Shown here: positions 31,545 through 42,469 of the stretch, piece by piece | Position numbering within the stretch: position 1 is the stretch's first letter | How the letters are laid out: each line of letters opens with the position of its first letter | Assembly: GCA_025934955.1 (NCBI GenBank) | Contig: JAICWE010000001.1 | Span: 1,736 to 65,735 of the forward strand | Direction of reading: 5' to 3' | DNA length: 64,000 nucleotides | Source of the DNA: Gemmatimonadales bacterium | GTDB taxonomy: Bacteria; Gemmatimonadota; Gemmatimonadetes; Gemmatimonadales; GWC2-71-9 | Program-made: the position numbers and the translations under genes | The notes under the pieces: model-generated | The model's input: the letters and a program-made list of their open reading frames with translations, nothing else | Databases searched by the model: none | What the model was told of the DNA's origin: nothing

Positions 31545-32981
31545 GTGAGCGACGCCACGGCCCGCGATGCGGCGACCGCCGCGTCGGCCGCGGAAGCGAA
31601 GCGGGGCCTCCGCTGCGCGATGGGGCTGCGCGACGTGGTGCTCTTCTACGTCGTCGCCGTCACCGGGCCGCGCTGGATCGCGGTCGCCGCCGCGGCCGGG
31701 CCCAGCTCGCTCGTCGTGTGGCTCATCGCCGGACTCACCTTCTTCATTCCGCTCGCCTTCACCGTCATCGAGCTCTCCTCCCGCTACCCGGAGGAAGGTG
31801 GCATCTACGTCTGGAGCAAGCGCGCCTTCGGCGACTTCTCCGGCTTCATGACGGGCTGGATGTACTGGACCAGCAACCTGGTGTACTTCCCCGGCCTGCT
31901 CTACTTCGCCGCCGGCAACGCGCTCTTCATCGGCGGCCCCGGATGGCAGTCGCTCTCCGGCTCGGGGACGTACTTCATCGTCGCGTCGCTCGCGATGCTC
32001 GTGCTCGCGTTCGGGCTCAACCTCGTCGGACTCGACATCGGCAAGTGGCTCCAGAACGCCGGCGCGTTCGGCACCTGGATTCCGGTGGCGATCCTGGTCG
32101 CGCTGGGCGGCTACGCCTGGCTCCGCTACGGCGCCGCCACCCCGATCACGACGCACACCCTCACGCCCAGCTTCGCGGTGAAGGACCTGGTGTTCTGGTC
32201 CACGCTCGCGTTCGGCTTCGGCGGACTGGAGTCGGCGTCGCTCATGAGCGAGGAGATCGAGGATGCGCGCCGCACCGTGCCGCGCGCCATTCTGATCGCC
32301 GGCATCATGATCGCCGCGATCTACATCCTCGGCACGGTCGCCATCCTGCTCGCCCTGCCGTCGGGCGAAGCCAGCGGATTGCAGGGCATCATGCAGGCGG
32401 TCCAGCACACCGCGGCACGGGCGGGCCTGCCCGGCATCTCGCCCATCGTCGCCGCGCTGATCACCATCGGCAGCATCGGCGGTGTCGGGGCGTGGGCCGC
32501 CTCGACCGCTCGGCTGCCCTTCGTGGCCGGCATCGACCGCTACTTGCCGCCGGCGTTCGGCCGGCTGCATCCGACGTGGCGCACGCCGTACGTCGCGATG
32601 CTGGTACAGGCGGTGATCGCGGCGGCGTTCGCGGTGCTGGGCCAGGCGGGCGCGACGGTGAAGAACGCCTACGAGTTCCTGGTCAGCATGGGGGTCATCT
32701 CGTTCTTCATCCCGTATCTGTTCATGTTCGCATCGCTGATCCGGGTGCAGAGCGTGCCCGCGCCGGCCGGCGCGCAGCGGGTGCCCGGCGGGCCGGCGGT
32801 CGCGCGGCTGCTCGGCGCCCTGGGCTTCTTCGTCACGGCGGCGTCCATCATCCTCTCGTTCATCCCCGCCTCCGACGATCCGCACCCCGTCGTGACGGTG
32901 GTAAAGATCGCCGTCGCCACGGCGCTCGTGCTGGGGGTCGGGGCCCTGCTCTACGCCCGGGGTGCCCGCCGCCAGGCCTGA
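31545..32981 (+). CDS. APC-family amino acid permease
   Basis: About 12 TM helices; EL...YPEEGG.Y.W, FGGLES...SEE. Confidence 0.9.
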   Translation: MSDATARDAATAASAAEAKRGLRCAMGLRDVVLFYVVAVTGPRWIAVAAAAGPSSLVVWLIAGLTFFIPLAFTVIELSSRYPEEGGIYVWSKRAFGDFSGFMTGWMYWTSNLVYFPGLLYFAAGNALFIGGPGWQSLSGSGTYFIVASLAMLVLAFGLNLVGLDIGKWLQNAGAFGTWIPVAILVALGGYAWLRYGAATPITTHTLTPSFAVKDLVFWSTLAFGFGGLESASLMSEEIEDARRTVPRAILIAGIMIAAIYILGTVAILLALPSGEASGLQGIMQAVQHTAARAGLPGISPIVAALITIGSIGGVGAWAASTARLPFVAGIDRYLPPAFGRLHPTWRTPYVAMLVQAVIAAAFAVLGQAGATVKNAYEFLVSMGVISFFIPYLFMFASLIRVQSVPAPAGAQRVPGGPAVARLLGALGFFVTAASIILSFIPASDDPHPVVTVVKIAVATALVLGVGALLYARGARRQA

Positions 32982-33063
32982 CCCCCCTCTGGACGATCGC
33001 CGGGTTTGGTGGTACATCCCACGGTCAACTCGTCGCATCACGCCACATCAGCCGGACAGAACG

Positions 33064-33969
33064 ATGTTGCTCTCCTTCCTTCAGACGCTCGCCACGGCAG
33101 CCGTGGCCGCGGCCGGCGGCTGGGCCGCCCACGCGTTCGCATCCCGCCGCGTCCGGGCCGCGCGGCTCCAGGCGGAACAGCTCCGCGCCAACGCTCACAC
33201 GCGCGCGGTCGACCAGGCGCGCGAGCGTGAGGAGGCGAGCACCGAGCGGGTGCGGCGGCTGCTGCTGGAGGCGCAGAGTCGGGGTGCGGCGCATGACACG
33301 CTACGGCAGGAGCACGCGCTCGTCGCCGAGCAGCTCGACGCCGCGCACGCCGAGATGATCGAGGCGGCGGCGCGAACCGCGGCGCTCGAGGCGGAGCTGG
33401 CCGCGGCGCACCACGAGCTGAGCGAGACCGAAGGCGCCCTGACCCTGGCGCTCGCCCGCACCGGTGAGCTGGAGGGGCTTCCAGCCGCGCTCCGGCAGCG
33501 CGACGGACGCATCAAGGAGCTGGAGCGGCTGCTCGCGGAGCGGCATGGAGAGATGGACGCGGAGCGGCAACGGGCGCGGCACCGCGAGTCGGAGCTCAAG
33601 CGGCTGCGCGACCAATTGCGCGAGCACGGCGTGGAGTCCCGGGTGACCCGGATCGAGCGGCGGCGGGCGCGCCACGCGGCGCGCCCGGCGGAGCCGGCGC
33701 GCGCGCCCAGGCCCGTGGCACCGGCACAGACCGACGATCTCAAGCTGATCGCCGGCATCGGCCCGGTGCTGCAGCGGGTGCTCAACCGGCTCGGCGTGCG
33801 GCGCTATCAGCAGATTGCCGAGTGGACCGATGCCGACGTGGAGCGGCTCTCCGCGCATGCGATCGAGCTGCGGGGCCGCATTCAGCGCGAGCGCTGGGCG
33901 GCCGCGGCGCAGGAGCAGCACCGGCGCAAGTACGGCGCGGCGGCACCGGAGAGCGCGAGCCGGCGCTAG
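33064..33969 (+). CDS. Membrane-anchored coiled-coil protein with C-terminal helix-hairpin-helix domain (COG3743-like)
   Basis: N-terminal hydrophobic helix, heptad-rich middle, DDLKLIAGIGP...LG...Y.QIA.W. Confidence 0.7.
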   Translation: MLLSFLQTLATAAVAAAGGWAAHAFASRRVRAARLQAEQLRANAHTRAVDQAREREEASTERVRRLLLEAQSRGAAHDTLRQEHALVAEQLDAAHAEMIEAAARTAALEAELAAAHHELSETEGALTLALARTGELEGLPAALRQRDGRIKELERLLAERHGEMDAERQRARHRESELKRLRDQLREHGVESRVTRIERRRARHAARPAEPARAPRPVAPAQTDDLKLIAGIGPVLQRVLNRLGVRRYQQIAEWTDADVERLSAHAIELRGRIQRERWAAAAQEQHRRKYGAAAPESASRR

Positions 33970-33987
33970 CCGGCGGCACTGCGGCGC

Positions 33988-35082
33988 CTAACGCGCCGTG
34001 GAAATCGCCGCGCCGGACGCCGCGACCGCGCTCGCCACCCGTGCGCCGAATTCCCCCGTGCCGACGGCCCGCTCACCCGGCGCCGCGGTGTCGCGGGTGC
34101 GGAGGCCCGCCGCGATGACCTGCGCCACCGCCGCCTCGATCAGCCGCGCTCCCTCGTCCGATCCGACCGCGTAGCGCAGCAGCATCGCCGCCGAGAGAAT
34201 GGCGCCGACCGGGTTGGCCGCGTCGCGCCCGGCGATCCCGGGGGCCGAGCCGTGGATCGGCTCGAAGAGGCCCCGGCCCGCACCGAGGGATGCCGACGGC
34301 AGGAGCCCGATCGAGCCGGCGAGCACCGCGGCCTCGTCGGAGAGGATGTCGCCGAACAGGTTCTCGGTCAGCAGCACATCGAGCGACGCGGGATCGCTGA
34401 TGAGCCGCATCGCCGCGGAGTCCACCAGCTGGTGCTCCAGCCGCACGTCCGGGTAGTCGCGGGCCACCTCGCTCACCACCTCGCGCCAGAGCACCGACAC
34501 CTCCAGCACGTTGGCCTTGTCGACCGAGGTCACCACGCCCCGCCGCCGTCCCGCTGCGGCGAAGGCGACGCGAGCGACGCGCTCGATCTCCTCGCGCTCG
34601 TAGGTGAGCGTGTTCACCGCGCGATTGCCATAGCGGCCGCGCGGCTCGCCGTAGTAGAGGCCGCCGGTCAACTCCCGCACCACGAGCAGGTCCACGTCCC
34701 GCAGCCGCTCGGCCCGGAGCGGCGATGCGTGCGCCAGCGCCGGGATCGCGCTCACCGGCCGGAGGTTGGCGAAGACGCCGAGCGCCTGACGCAAGGCGAG
34801 AAGACCGGTCTCGGGCCGGCGCGCACGCGGCGCCGCGTCGAGCGAGGGATCGCCGACCGCGCCGAGCAGCACGGCATCGGCCCGAAGGCAGGCGGCGCGG
34901 GTCACCTCCGGGAACGGCTCGCCGGCGGCACGCACCGCCGCGGCGCCAAACGGGAACTGCTCGAGCCGAAGCGCGATGCCTGACGTCGCGGCGGCCGCTT
35001 CCAGCACCCGCTCCGCGGCGGCGATCACCTCGGGGCCGACGCCGTCGCCGGGCAGAACCGCGACCTCATAACGGCGCGTCAC
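33988..35082 (-). CDS. leuB: 3-isopropylmalate dehydrogenase
   Basis: PGDGVGPEV, VRELTGGLYYG, VDKANVL, NLFGDILSDEA, EPIHGSAP. Confidence 0.96.
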   Translation of the reverse strand: MTRRYEVAVLPGDGVGPEVIAAAERVLEAAAATSGIALRLEQFPFGAAAVRAAGEPFPEVTRAACLRADAVLLGAVGDPSLDAAPRARRPETGLLALRQALGVFANLRPVSAIPALAHASPLRAERLRDVDLLVVRELTGGLYYGEPRGRYGNRAVNTLTYEREEIERVARVAFAAAGRRRGVVTSVDKANVLEVSVLWREVVSEVARDYPDVRLEHQLVDSAAMRLISDPASLDVLLTENLFGDILSDEAAVLAGSIGLLPSASLGAGRGLFEPIHGSAPGIAGRDAANPVGAILSAAMLLRYAVGSDEGARLIEAAVAQVIAAGLRTRDTAAPGERAVGTGEFGARVASAVAASGAAISTAR

Positions 35083-35687
35083 CCGGCGCGCCCCCAGCGA
35101 AGCGAAGCGGTGCGCCGCTCGTACGCCGCGATGCGCAGCTCCTCCTGCAGCGTGACGCCGATCTCGTCGAGTCCGGCCAGCAGCATCTCGCGCCGGTAGT
35201 GGTCGAGCGGGAAGTCGCGCTCGAAGCCGGTGCGGTCGAGCACGCGCTGGGTGACGAGGTCGATCGTGAGGCGCCACGCCGGCTTCTCGGCGCGGCGGGC
35301 CAGCTCGGCTACATCCGCGGCCCGCAGCTTCACCGGCAGCAGCCCGTTCTGGCAGCAGTTGGCGAAGAAGATGTCGGCGAACGAGGGCGCAATGATGGCG
35401 CGGAAGCCGAATTCAACGAGTGCCCATGGCGCGTGCTCCCGCGACGAGCCGCAGCCGAAATTCGCGCCGGCGAGGAGAATGCTCGCGCCCGCGGCGCCCG
35501 GCCGGTTCAGTTCGAAGTCGGGGTCGGCCGACCCGTCGGGCCGGCGGCGCCAGTCGTGGAACAGGAAGTCGCCGAAGCCGGTCCGCTCGATCCGCTTGAG
35601 GAACTGCTTCGGGATGATCTGATCGGTGTCCACGTTGTCGCGCAGGAGTGCCACGGCGCGGCCGGTGTGCACGGTGAACGGCTGCAT
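35079..35687 (-). CDS. leuD: 3-isopropylmalate dehydratase small subunit
   Basis: NVDTDQIIPKQFL, NFGCGSSREHAPWAL. Confidence 0.97.
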   Translation of the reverse strand: MQPFTVHTGRAVALLRDNVDTDQIIPKQFLKRIERTGFGDFLFHDWRRRPDGSADPDFELNRPGAAGASILLAGANFGCGSSREHAPWALVEFGFRAIIAPSFADIFFANCCQNGLLPVKLRAADVAELARRAEKPAWRLTIDLVTQRVLDRTGFERDFPLDHYRREMLLAGLDEIGVTLQEELRIAAYERRTASLRWGRAG

Positions 35688-37093
35688 CAGTCGGCCCCCA
35701 GCGTACGGACGTCAACGAGATGCCCGGTCACGGCGGCGGCGGCGGCCATCGCGGGGCTCATGAGATGGGTACGACCGCCGCGGCCCTGGCGTCCCTCGAA
35801 GTTCCGATTGGAGGTGGCGGCGCAGCGCTCGCCGGGGCCGAGTACATCGTCGTTCATGCCGAGGCACATGGAGCAGCCGCTGTTGCGCCACTCGAAGCCG
35901 GCGGCCTGGAAGACGCGGTCGAGTCCCTCGGCCTCCGCCGCCGCGCGCACCCGCTGCGAGCCGGGCACGACCATCGCGCGCACCGTGCGCGCCACCGTGC
36001 GCCCGCGCACCACCGCCGCCGCGCTCCTCAGATCCTCCAGCCGCGCGTTGGTGCAGCTCCCGATGAACACGCGGTCCATGGGAATTCCCTCGAGCGGCGT
36101 GTTGGGCTCGAGTCCCATGTACTGGAGCGCGCGGGTCGCGGCGGCACGATCCTCCTGCGGCAGCACGGCCGGATCGGGCACGCGGCCGGTGATCTCGCCG
36201 ACCATGCCCGGGTTGGTGCCCCAGGTGACCTGCGGCGCCACCGTCGCCGCGTCCAGCTCCACGACGTGATCGTACTGCGCGCCGGCGTCGGAGGCGAGCG
36301 CGCGCCACCGTCCGACCGCGCGGTCCCATTCGGCGCTGTGCGGCGCACGCGGGCGGCCGCGCAGATAGGCGAAGGTCGTCTCGTCCGGCGCCACCATCCC
36401 GGCGCGCGCGCCGGCCTCGATGGACATGTTGCACACCGTCATCCGCCCTTCGATCGAGAGCGCGCGGATCGCCGCACCGGTGTACTCGATGACATGGCCC
36501 GCCGCCCCGCCGGTCCCGATCCGGCCGATGACCGCGAGGATCAGGTCCTTGGCTGAAACGCCGGCGCCCGGCATGCCATGGAAGCGCACCTCCATCGTGT
36601 GGGGCCGCGACTGCACCAGACACTGCGTCGCGAGCACGTGCTCGACCTCGCTCGTGCCGATGCCGAAGGCGAGCGCGCCGAACGCACCGTGGGTCGAGGT
36701 GTGCGAGTCGCCGCAGACGATCAGCATCCCCGGCTGGGTGAGCCCCTGCTCCGGGCCGATCACGTGGACGATGCCCTGGTCGAGCGAGTCGAGATCGTGC
36801 AACTCGACGCCGTAGCCACGCGCATTGGCCCGCAGCGCCTCCACCTGACGGGCCGCGACCGGATCGGCGATCGGCAGCGAGCGGTCGCCGGTCGGGACAT
36901 TGTGATCCACCGTGGCGAAGGTGAGGTCGGGCCGGCGGAGCCGGCGCCCGGCGAGCCGAAGCCCCTCGAACGCCTGCGGCGAGGTGACCTCGTGCACCAG
37001 GTGCAGGTCCACGTAGAGCAGCGCGGGCGCGCCGCGCGCCTCGCGCACCACGTGCGCGTCCCACACCTTGGCGAAGAGCGTGCGCGGTGCCAT
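35687..37093 (-). CDS. leuC: 3-isopropylmalate dehydratase large subunit
   Basis: [39 protein letters not shown]. Confidence 0.97.
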   Translation of the reverse strand: MAPRTLFAKVWDAHVVREARGAPALLYVDLHLVHEVTSPQAFEGLRLAGRRLRRPDLTFATVDHNVPTGDRSLPIADPVAARQVEALRANARGYGVELHDLDSLDQGIVHVIGPEQGLTQPGMLIVCGDSHTSTHGAFGALAFGIGTSEVEHVLATQCLVQSRPHTMEVRFHGMPGAGVSAKDLILAVIGRIGTGGAAGHVIEYTGAAIRALSIEGRMTVCNMSIEAGARAGMVAPDETTFAYLRGRPRAPHSAEWDRAVGRWRALASDAGAQYDHVVELDAATVAPQVTWGTNPGMVGEITGRVPDPAVLPQEDRAAATRALQYMGLEPNTPLEGIPMDRVFIGSCTNARLEDLRSAAAVVRGRTVARTVRAMVVPGSQRVRAAAEAEGLDRVFQAAGFEWRNSGCSMCLGMNDDVLGPGERCAATSNRNFEGRQGRGGRTHLMSPAMAAAAAVTGHLVDVRTLGAD

Positions 37094-37103
37094 CAGCGGC
37101 CGC

Positions 37104-38164
<1,061 letters not shown>

Positions 38165-38168
<4 letters not shown>

Positions 38169-38662
38169 GCCGTTGCCTCCCTCTGACGTTCCAGGGCGGC
38201 GCGGCCACTCCGCGCCACCTCGATGATCCCGAACGACTCGAGCGCCCGAAGGCCCGAGCCCACGAACGCTTCCTCGCCCGCCAGCTCGACGATGACCGCC
38301 TCGGCCGACTCGTCGATCAGCGCCGCGCGATAGAGCTGCAGCGTGTCGAGCAGCTCGCCCAGCCGCTCGCCGGGAGGCCGGAGCCGCGCGAGCACCAGCT
38401 CGCGGGCCACGCCGCGATCCGCGGCAAAGGTGGTGGCCGCCTGCACGCCGACGACTTTCTGAAAGAGCATCGCGATCCGCTCCGCATCATCCCGGTCGGT
38501 CTGCACCACGAGCTGCAGCTGCGTCGAGCCATCGGCCGGGCCGGGTCCCAGCGCGAGGCTCCGAATGGACACGTTGCGCCGGCGCAGCAGCCCGACGGCG
38601 CGGGTCAGCGTGAACGGCCGGTCGTCGTCGTACACGACCGACAGCACCTGCGCCCCGCTCAT
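38165..38662 (-). CDS. ilvN: Acetolactate synthase regulatory (small) subunit, divergent ACT domain
   Basis: Position between ilvB and ilvC; [14 protein letters not shown]. Confidence 0.85.
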
Positions 38663-38702
38663 GCGCGGCGCGTCTCGCGGCGGCGACGCGTGCCCGCGCG
38701 GC

Positions 38703-40409
38703 TCATGCGAGCGCCAGCGCCGCGCGCTGGTCGGGGATGGATTCGCTGAGCGACGCCCCCGGCGGCACGATGGGGTAGACGTTCGCCTCCTGCTCGATGA
38801 CGAACTCGATCAGCGCCGGGCCGGGCGCGTCGAGCGCGGCCCGCACGGCCCCGGCGATCTCCTCGCCCCGCTCCACCCGCCAGCCGGCGATGCCGTATGC
38901 CTCGGCGAGCCTGACGAAGTTGGGCGACCAGATCGGCGTCGCGGAGTAACGGCGGCCGTGGAAGAGCTGCTGCCACTGCCGCACCATGCCGAGATAGCCG
39001 TTGTTGAACACCGCGAGCTTGATGGGAATCCCCTCCTGCACCATCGTCGCGATCTCCTGCAGGTTCATCTGGAAGCCGCCGTCGCCCGAGATCGCCCACA
39101 CCGGCGTGCCGGGCCGCGCGAAGTGCACTCCCATGGCGGCCGGCACCGCGAAGCCCATGGTGCCGAGACCGCCGGAGGAGAAGTGCGAGTTGGGGTGGGT
39201 GTAGGGATACAGCTTCGCCACCCACATCTGGTGCTGGCCCACGTCGGAGACGATCGACGCGTCGGGCCCGCTCGCCTCGCGGATCGCGCGGAGGATGCGG
39301 TCCGGCGCGACGCCGTCGCGATACTGCTCCTCGCGCTCGCGACGCAGCGCCGCGATCTCGTCGCGCCACGCGCGGCACTCGCGCGGCGGCACCCGGCCGA
39401 GCAGCGCGCAGAGCAGCTGCTTGGCGTCGCCCGCCAGTGCGACCTCCGTCGGCACGTTCTTGCCGATCTCGGTCGGGTCCACGTCGATGTGGATGATGCG
39501 GGCCTGCCGGGCGAAGCCGCCGACGTTGCCGGTGACGCGGTCATCGAAGCGGAGGCCGACGCCGAGGATCACGTCGGCCTGCTGGATGGCGCGGTTGACG
39601 TGCACCTCGCCGTGCATGCCGGGCATGCCGAGGTGCAGCGCGTGGCCATCGGGGAAGGCGCTGATGCCAAGCAGCGTCGTGATCACCGGAATGCCGGTGC
39701 GCTCGGCGAAGGCGCGCAGCTCCGGGCACGCATCGGCGAGGATGACGCCGTGACCCGCCATGATCAGCGGGCGCTCGGCGCGGGCCAGCAGCTCGGCCGC
39801 GGCGTGCAGCGCCTGCTCGGTGATTGGCGCGCCCGCTCGCGTTCCGCTCGCGGCGTCGCGAGCGGAATCATTCTCCCCCTCGCCCGCGCGCCACTCCGCC
39901 CTGGCCGTCTGCACGTCCTTCGGGATGTCCACCAGCACCGGCCCCGGCCGCCCCTCCTGCGCGATGTGAAACGCCTCGCGGACGGTTTCGGCGAGATCCT
40001 GGACGTCGTGGACCATCACGCTGTGCTTGGTGATCGGCAGCGTAATGCCGACGACGTCGGTCTCCTGGAATGCGTCCCGTCCGATCATCGCGCGCGCCAC
40101 CTGGCCGGTGATCGCCACCACCGGCGAGTTGTCCATCTGCGCGGTGGCGAGGCCGGTGACCAGGTTGGTGGCGCCCGGGCCGGAGGTGGCGACGCAAACG
40201 CCGGCGCGTCCGGTCGCGCGCGCGTAGCCGTCGGCGGCGTGCGCCGCGGCCTGCTCGTGCCGCACCAGGATGTGCCGCAGCGAGGGGTACTCGGGGAGCG
40301 CGTGGTAGAACGGCATGATGGCGCCACCGGGATACCCGAACAGCACCCGCACGCCCTGCTCCTCCAGCGCGCGGCAGAGGATCTGCGCGCCGGTCAACAT
40401 CTCGGCCAT
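38703..40409 (-). CDS. ilvB: Acetolactate synthase large subunit
   Basis: FGYPGG, RHEQ, TSGPGATN, RFDDRV, DVGQHQMW, GDGGFQMN. Confidence 0.96.
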   Translation of the reverse strand: MAEMLTGAQILCRALEEQGVRVLFGYPGGAIMPFYHALPEYPSLRHILVRHEQAAAHAADGYARATGRAGVCVATSGPGATNLVTGLATAQMDNSPVVAITGQVARAMIGRDAFQETDVVGITLPITKHSVMVHDVQDLAETVREAFHIAQEGRPGPVLVDIPKDVQTARAEWRAGEGENDSARDAASGTRAGAPITEQALHAAAELLARAERPLIMAGHGVILADACPELRAFAERTGIPVITTLLGISAFPDGHALHLGMPGMHGEVHVNRAIQQADVILGVGLRFDDRVTGNVGGFARQARIIHIDVDPTEIGKNVPTEVALAGDAKQLLCALLGRVPPRECRAWRDEIAALRREREEQYRDGVAPDRILRAIREASGPDASIVSDVGQHQMWVAKLYPYTHPNSHFSSGGLGTMGFAVPAAMGVHFARPGTPVWAISGDGGFQMNLQEIATMVQEGIPIKLAVFNNGYLGMVRQWQQLFHGRRYSATPIWSPNFVRLAEAYGIAGWRVERGEEIAGAVRAALDAPGPALIEFVIEQEANVYPIVPPGASLSESIPDQRAALALA

Positions 40410-41962
40410 CACACGCCCCACAGGTAGATGTCGTTCAACGAGCTCGCCTCGAGGTGATCGGCGTGGTGCAGCTTGTTGAGCGCGTTCACCAGCGCCCGCG
40501 CGCTGGCCTCGACGATGTCGGTGCTGGCGCTGTGGGCGGAGAACGTCTTGCCGTCGATCCGCACCTGGAGGAACACCTGGCCGACGCTGTCGCGGCCCGG
40601 CGTCACCGAGCGGAGCGAGAGACTCTCGACGTCCACCGGCCGGCCCACGATCTCCGCCACCGCGTTGAACGCCGCCGCGATCGGCCCGTCACCGCGTCCC
40701 GTCGCGGTCCGGTCACCGGGCCACGGTCCCGTCATCCGCGCCTCGGCGGTGGCGCTGCCGCTGCCGCAGCTCACCGTCAGCTCGCTGAACGCGTACGTCT
40801 CCGGCGCGTCCTGGAAGCTGTCGTGCAGCAGCGTCAGCAGGTCCTCGTCCAGCACGGTCCGCTTCCGCTCGGCGAGCGAAATGAAATCGGCGTAGAGGAC
40901 GTCGAGCTGCTGATCGTCCAGTTCATAGCCCAGTTCGCGATAGCGCCGCGCCAGGCCGTGCCGGCCGGAGTGCCTGCCGAGCACCAGGCTCGAGCGCGCG
41001 ATGCCGACGGTTTCGGGTTGGATGATCTCGTACGTCTCGCCCCGCTGCAGCATGCCATGCTGGTGGATGCCGGCCTCGTGGGCGAAGGCGTTGCGACCGA
41101 CCACCGCCTTGTTCGGCTGGGGGAAGCTGCCGGTGAGGTGGGAGAGGAGCTGGCTGGTACGGTACAGCTCGCGCGACTCGATGCGGCAGCGGAAGCCCAG
41201 CGCCTGCGGCCGCACCCGGCCGGCCATGACGATCTCTTCCAGGGCCGCATTGCCCGCCCGCTCGCCGATGCCGTTGATCGTGCACTCGACCTGACCGGCA
41301 CCCGCTTCGATGGCGGCGAGACTGTTGGCGACCGCGAGGCCGAGGTCGTCATGGCAGTGTGCGCTGAGGACCACGCCGGCGGCGCCGGGCACGCGCTCCC
41401 GCACCGCGCGGAACATCGCGGCGTACTCCTGCGGCGTCGCGTACCCGACGGTGTCGGGGAGATTGACCGTCGTGGCGCCGGCCGCGATCGCGGTCTCCAC
41501 GACGCGACTGAGAAAATCGAGATCGGTACGGCTCGCATCCTCCGCGCTGAACTCGACGTCGTCGGTGAAGCGGCGGGCGCGCCGTACGCCGTCGCGCACC
41601 AGCTCGAGCGCGGCGTCACGGGTGATGCGGAGCTTCTCGCGCAGGTGCAGATCCGAGGTTGCGGCAAAGACGTGGATCCGGCCGCGTGCGGCGCCCCGGA
41701 GCGCGTCGGCCGCCAGATCGATGTCGCGCTCGCGGCAGCGGGCCAGCGCCGCGATCACCGTCCCGCGGATCTCGGCGGCGATGGCGCCGACCGCACGAAA
41801 GTCGCCCTCGGACGCCGCCGGGAAGCCCACCTCCATCACGTCCACGCGCAGCGTCTCGAGCTGCCGCGCCAGGCGCAGCTTCTCCTCCGGGGCGAGACTG
41901 TTGCCCGGCGACTGTTCGCCGTCGCGCAGCGTGGTGTCGAAGATCAGGACGTCCCGGCTCAT
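40409..41962 (-). CDS. leuA: 2-isopropylmalate synthase
   Basis: DTTLRDGEQ, HCHDDLG, NGIGERAGN, HEAGIHQ, C-terminal regulatory domain. Confidence 0.96.
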   Translation of the reverse strand: MSRDVLIFDTTLRDGEQSPGNSLAPEEKLRLARQLETLRVDVMEVGFPAASEGDFRAVGAIAAEIRGTVIAALARCRERDIDLAADALRGAARGRIHVFAATSDLHLREKLRITRDAALELVRDGVRRARRFTDDVEFSAEDASRTDLDFLSRVVETAIAAGATTVNLPDTVGYATPQEYAAMFRAVRERVPGAAGVVLSAHCHDDLGLAVANSLAAIEAGAGQVECTINGIGERAGNAALEEIVMAGRVRPQALGFRCRIESRELYRTSQLLSHLTGSFPQPNKAVVGRNAFAHEAGIHQHGMLQRGETYEIIQPETVGIARSSLVLGRHSGRHGLARRYRELGYELDDQQLDVLYADFISLAERKRTVLDEDLLTLLHDSFQDAPETYAFSELTVSCGSGSATAEARMTGPWPGDRTATGRGDGPIAAAFNAVAEIVGRPVDVESLSLRSVTPGRDSVGQVFLQVRIDGKTFSAHSASTDIVEASARALVNALNKLHHADHLEASSLNDIYLWGV

Positions 41963-42007
41963 CTGCGGTGCTCCTTGCGCCTCTGCGCCGTGCCTCTGCA
42001 TGGGTCG

Positions 42008-42047
42008 AAAAGCAAAGGCGCCGCGGACCGATCGGTCCGCGGCGCCT
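42008..42047 (-). terminator. Attenuator terminator of the leu-ilv operon
   Basis: Perfect inverted repeat AGGCGCCGCGGACCG-AT-CGGTCCGCGGCGCCT followed by TTGCTTTT on the minus strand. Confidence 0.9.
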
Positions 42048-42072
42048 GGGAACTGCTGACGAGTGCTGCTCT

Positions 42073-42168
42073 CTATGCTCGCCCTGGCACGCCGCGGAAC
42101 CCCTGCCGCCCGATAAGAAGGACGACGAGGAGATTGGTAAGCGCGAGCGCGAGGAGAACGAGCGTCAT
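42073..42168 (-). CDS. Leu/Val/Ile-rich attenuator leader peptide MTLVLLALALTNLLVVLLIGRQGFRGVPGRA
   Basis: Manual translation: 9 Leu, 4 Val, 1 Ile in 31 aa; between promoter and terminator upstream of leuA. Confidence 0.88.
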   Translation of the reverse strand: MTLVLLALALTNLLVVLLIGRQGFRGVPGRA

Positions 42169-42228
42169 GATCGGGTGTCGGTCCGGCCAGTTGGTGATGA
42201 AGACTTATGCAACCGATGCTGGTTCCGC

Positions 42229-42257
42229 AGGATAGGCCGCAGTGCGCGCCGTGTCAA
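42229..42257 (-). promoter_or_regulatory. Sigma70 promoter of the leu-ilv operon
   Basis: TTGACA-N17-TATCCT. Confidence 0.75.
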
Positions 42258-42282
42258 GAGTGGGCCGTGCCGATCCCGACTC

Positions 42283-42311
42283 TTGACGCATGCAGATTTC
42301 CGCATAATAAT
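42283..42311 (+). promoter_or_regulatory. Sigma70 promoter of gltB
   Basis: TTGACG-N17-AATAAT within the AT-rich CATAATAAT. Confidence 0.6.
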
Positions 42312-42320
42312 GCGTTCGCC

Positions 42321-42407
42321 ATGCCGAATGTGACGCGACCGACCTGCCCGAATACCAAGCTTCTCAAGAAGCTTATCGTCGCCCGCCCCACGGGAGCGAC
42401 CGGGTAG
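42321..42407 (+). CDS. Candidate gltB leader peptide MPNVTRPTCPNTKLLKKLIVARPTGATG
   Basis: ATG about 10 nt after the -10 box; cluster of AT-rich codons; 3' end complementary to the downstream terminator arm. Confidence 0.6.
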   Translation: MPNVTRPTCPNTKLLKKLIVARPTGATG

Positions 42408-42433
42408 CAGCGCGCGCAGTGCAGGCGGCACCC

Positions 42434-42469
42434 GGGCCCGCTCCCCTGAACGGAGCGGGCCCTTTCGTT
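42434..42469 (+). terminator. Intrinsic terminator in the gltB 5' leader (attenuator)
   Basis: 11-bp stem GGGCCCGCTCC/GGAGCGGGCCC followed by TTTCGTT, about 60 nt before the gltB ATG. Confidence 0.75.

Noticed and set aside
42291-42304. ArgR-box-like TGCAGATTTCCGCA in the gltB promoter spacer
   Set aside because: Single imperfect copy; ARG boxes usually occur in tandem, so it is not supportable without a motif scan.
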